Shown one piece after another: positions 60,907-64,000 of a DNA stretch of 64,000 nucleotides (its first letter is position 1; each line of letters begins with the position of its first letter). The position numbers and the translations under genes were made by a program. Source of the DNA: Blepharisma stoltei ATCC 30299 (taxonomy: Eukaryota; Protista; Ciliophora); assembly GCA_965603825.1 (NCBI GenBank), contig CBFDEM010000014.1, forward strand, positions 1 through 64,000, read 5' to 3'. Below the pieces are notes generated by a model. The model was not told the origin of the DNA. It saw only the letters and a list, made by a program, of their open reading frames with translations, and made no database searches.

Positions 60907-61128
60907 ATTATTTTTAGTAAAAATATTGTCTATTTATATAAATATTATAGTAAAAATCTGTTATTTACCTCAATCTCTTTGATTTGACATTATCTTCAAC
61001 AACATTTGGGCCTCTTTTCATTTCTTTCAATCTTTTAATCTTTATAGCATCTAAAGAAGGGTGGTCATTTAGAATTTTTCCAATTAAGGTTTCTATGTCT
61101 CCATCACCAAGTTGCTTTCTTTCATTAA

Positions 61129-62868
61129 TTATATCATCTTTATTCCCTTATTCAGAATTAAAATGTTCATATCAATAAGTACCCCAGCCGTTGGGATCTT
61201 AAGAGTCCCAATAAAAATTACTTTATAAATTAAGTTTGGAATATATATATGCCTATGCAATAAAGGTCCTAAATAGGCAGTGATGTCATAAGGCTCATCT
61301 GTGTCGATAAAGTCATTAATCGGCCTGTCATATTCGTCCACAAGTACTAAAACAGGCTTATTATGAGCATAAAAAAGTATATTTGCTAGATCAATTATAG
61401 CATTTTTTATGTCTATTAGATAGCTATCTTCTTTATATATTCTGAATCGTTTAAGCTCACCTGCAACTTCTATTTTGTACTTATCAATAACTTCCTCTAA
61501 AAAATCGCTATCTTGATTTCTATAGTCAATAATATTACGATCTGGATGGAGCAAGCATCAAAATTTTATTGTTTTTTCTAAGCACCTACGATATTCAAAC
61601 TTATGCTCATTATATGCATCTTTGATTGCATCACGCATTCCTTCAAGATAAAGCTCAATGTTTGGGTTGCCATTTTCTCTGTAATTACTTATGTGGCTAA
61701 AACTCAGGAAAATTGTTGGTTTACTTCCAAAATCTTTTATATATTTTCCATTGTCTAAAGTCATTATCTTCAAGCATCTTTTTGGATCTAAATTAGTTAG
61801 ATCTATATTGTCTCTTCCTCCAGTAAACAAATGTAAATTTGCGAGATTTCCATTTTCATCATAATCTGGGTGAAAAAAAGCTTTAAGCATTTTCATGTTG
61901 GATGTCTTCCCCCATCTTCTTGGTCTTGCAATAAGGATTGACGGACTAGCATCATCTAGAATTTTTTTGATCAATTGAGTTTTATCAACGAAGGCATCTT
62001 CCATAACTGAATTTGCAAAATCTATATTTCCACAAGAAATAGTAGAATTTTCTCTAACTTTTAAAGCAGGTTGCTGAGTTTTAGGTGACTTATATATAGC
62101 TTTTATATGAGGGCGCGATGCCATAAAATCAATTGGATAATTCAATTCAATGTTATGTGCTTCTAAAATCGCTCTCAGCTTACTACTTTGATTCATATCA
62201 ACACGACGACAAAATGCACCCAAAAAACTGTCATTTCCATTTGAAATAAGCATAAATGCGTTAAATATACACCATATGCCACTTTCATTTGGATTTATGC
62301 ATTGCTTAATAGAGTATTTATCATATATTTTAGCATTTGGAAAGCACCCACCCCAAAGGCTAGGCCCTCTATGAGGCTCTTCAAAATTAATTTTTTCCTT
62401 TAGTAGGGATTTTATATTTTCAGGAATTTGACAACCATTCCCAGATGAATCAATTAGAAAAATTAATTCAGATAAGTTTCCCAGAGGTCTTCCATCAATA
62501 AGTGTATGATTCTTAGGGAGAATTACTATTATTTGCCAAGTATAACTATACTTGAGCTGTTGATCTGATAATTGTAAATTTTCTTTAGCTAATATTGCTT
62601 TTCAGCAGGATACAATTGGTATCTTCAATTCTTGGTCTGAGTCTTGCATTATTTCTTGGATTTTTGTAATAAAATCCAGATTTCCTGAAGATTCGAGATG
62701 CCCGCCTAAAGTAAATTCTCGATCTATGAAGTGAATTTTATCATTATATATAGCTTGAAACGCATTTTTGATTGCCTGAAATGATGCATAACCTTGATTG
62801 GCACTCGTCTGCATTCAATCATCAAGCTGTAAAAATTTCATATACAAGTCTTTTTCTGCAGTTATCAT
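61129..62868 (-). CDS. CE-clan-like N-domain + AAA-ATPase-like (PF09820-type) protein, apparently C-terminally truncated; three TGA=Trp
   Basis: FVDKTQLI, RPRRWGKTSNMKML (Walker A), IFLSF, VLVLVDEYDRP (Walker B), FIGTLKI; stops shortly after. Confidence 0.75.
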
Positions 62869-64000
62869 AATTTTATTAATATTAATTCAAAAAACTTTAA
62901 TTTTAAAATGTTAAGTAAATATGGCCCCCAGCTAATAGACTGAATTCTTAAATTTAACTCTAAGATTTGTAAGAGGAGACATATAAGCTAAACGGATTGA
63001 GCTAAGGAGGAATGATCATTGCCCATTCATTCTTGCACTAGAAGTTGCCACAAAAGGGATGGGGACATTGAGGGGCTCTCGAAATGCCCTCAGGGGATCC
63101 ACTAACAAGGAAACCTTTGAAGATTAAAAATTAGAATAAAGCTGCCTTCGCAGAAACTGACTGTACCTATCAATCCAATTCTCAAAGAAGGAGTCATCAA
63201 TTTCGCGGTAAATGATGCAAGTCACAATGATGCCAGGAATTTTTGAAGAGGTATTAGATGAGGCAGAGAATTGATATAAGGGCATAGAGGTGACAATCGA
63301 TAACGCTGTTTAAAAACTGAGCGACTGTCTGCATTTTAGTGTTAACTCGAGGTTTATCCTTAAAAGAGAGTTTGAGTCAATGGAGAAAGCTAGATCTACA
63401 AGATGAACTAACTGTGAGGGAAAAGAATATGGATAAACATCCGCATCACTCTTTTAGGATCTGCAGCAATTTGGATACAATGGTGAAGGATATGCCAGGA
63501 TAGCCAAGTCAAGAGAAAATTAATAAATGGGAAAAAATGAAAGGGAAGAAAGGAAAGGAAGCAGCAGAGGTGCAAATGGAGGGTTCGAGCAATAGCAGGA
63601 TGGAACTGGAGTTGAATAATTGTCTGGAAACTAACATAATAATGCAAATCAGACTATCATACCTTGCTCAACCCATAATTTGCATTAGTGAAAATAGAAG
63701 ATTGGGAAAATCTTAAACCAAAAGTGAGAGAGCTAAGCCTGCGTGAAGCTATAAAAGCATGGTAAAAATTTCTGCTAGCGCTCTTTTAAGCTATCCTATT
63801 TATTTTCAAGGATATTTGACCCAAATTTCTTTCGAAATCTGCTTTCTCTATTTCATTTGAGTTTATATCATATCATTTCTTTCTTATTTTTACTTCTCAT
63901 CTTCAGATCTATCATGCTCTCCACAACTCCTATGACTTCGATGACCCCAAAACTCTATGAACCTGCTGCTTTTCCTCTCACTTAGCGATTGGCTCACTGC

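Noticed and set aside
9002-62814. Many short same-strand ORFs as pseudogenes or operons
   Set aside because: They are in frame and joined by TGA=Trp or 15/16-nt introns into intact genes.
60361-62868. Bacterial contamination or chimeric assembly
   Set aside because: The AAA-ATPase-like gene uses TGA in frame and has host-like AT-rich flanks with no operon structure. A code-4 bacterial source cannot be excluded without read data.
63408-63647. 79-aa minus-strand ORF
   Set aside because: It is the complement of a purine-rich tract and shows no protein-like features.

Overview
This is eukaryotic DNA: the left end of a heterotrich ciliate macronuclear chromosome, most consistent with Blepharisma. 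Three independent signals support this. (1) About 2.8 kb of (CCCTAACA)n telomere occupies 1-2787. (2) TGA sits repeatedly at conserved Trp positions, and genes terminate only at TAA/TAG. (3) Introns are tiny GT-AG introns of 15-16 nt. The supplied ORF track treats TGA as stop and ignores introns, so it fragments most genes. Re-read with TGA=Trp and 12 tiny introns removed, the window holds about 34 densely packed protein-coding genes. They include ValRS, BI-1, a RING/B-box/Kelch protein, a GAF protein, TBC-rhodanese, a CID protein, Deltex, TFIIS, class I HDAC, a PX-PH-C2 protein, an AGC kinase, dynein IC, malectin, a purple acid phosphatase, a membrane bZIP, ATG13-like, two MDR oxidoreductases, an extrusome matrix protein, a MORN protein, glycogen debranching enzyme, a pseudokinase-TPR giant, a Nudix hydrolase and a bacterial-type AAA-ATPase-like gene. 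There are also several pseudogene and duplication remnants. Best leads: a truncated CE-clan-pseudoprotease/AAA-ATPase fusion of bacterial type; a bZIP with SREBP-like hairpin topology and a site-1 protease motif; a stand-alone GLEBS-like microprotein; a CBM48-like insert in the debranching enzyme; strongly gene-specific UGA/UGG usage; and extreme gene packing. All domain calls are by-eye motif recognition; no database searches were run.
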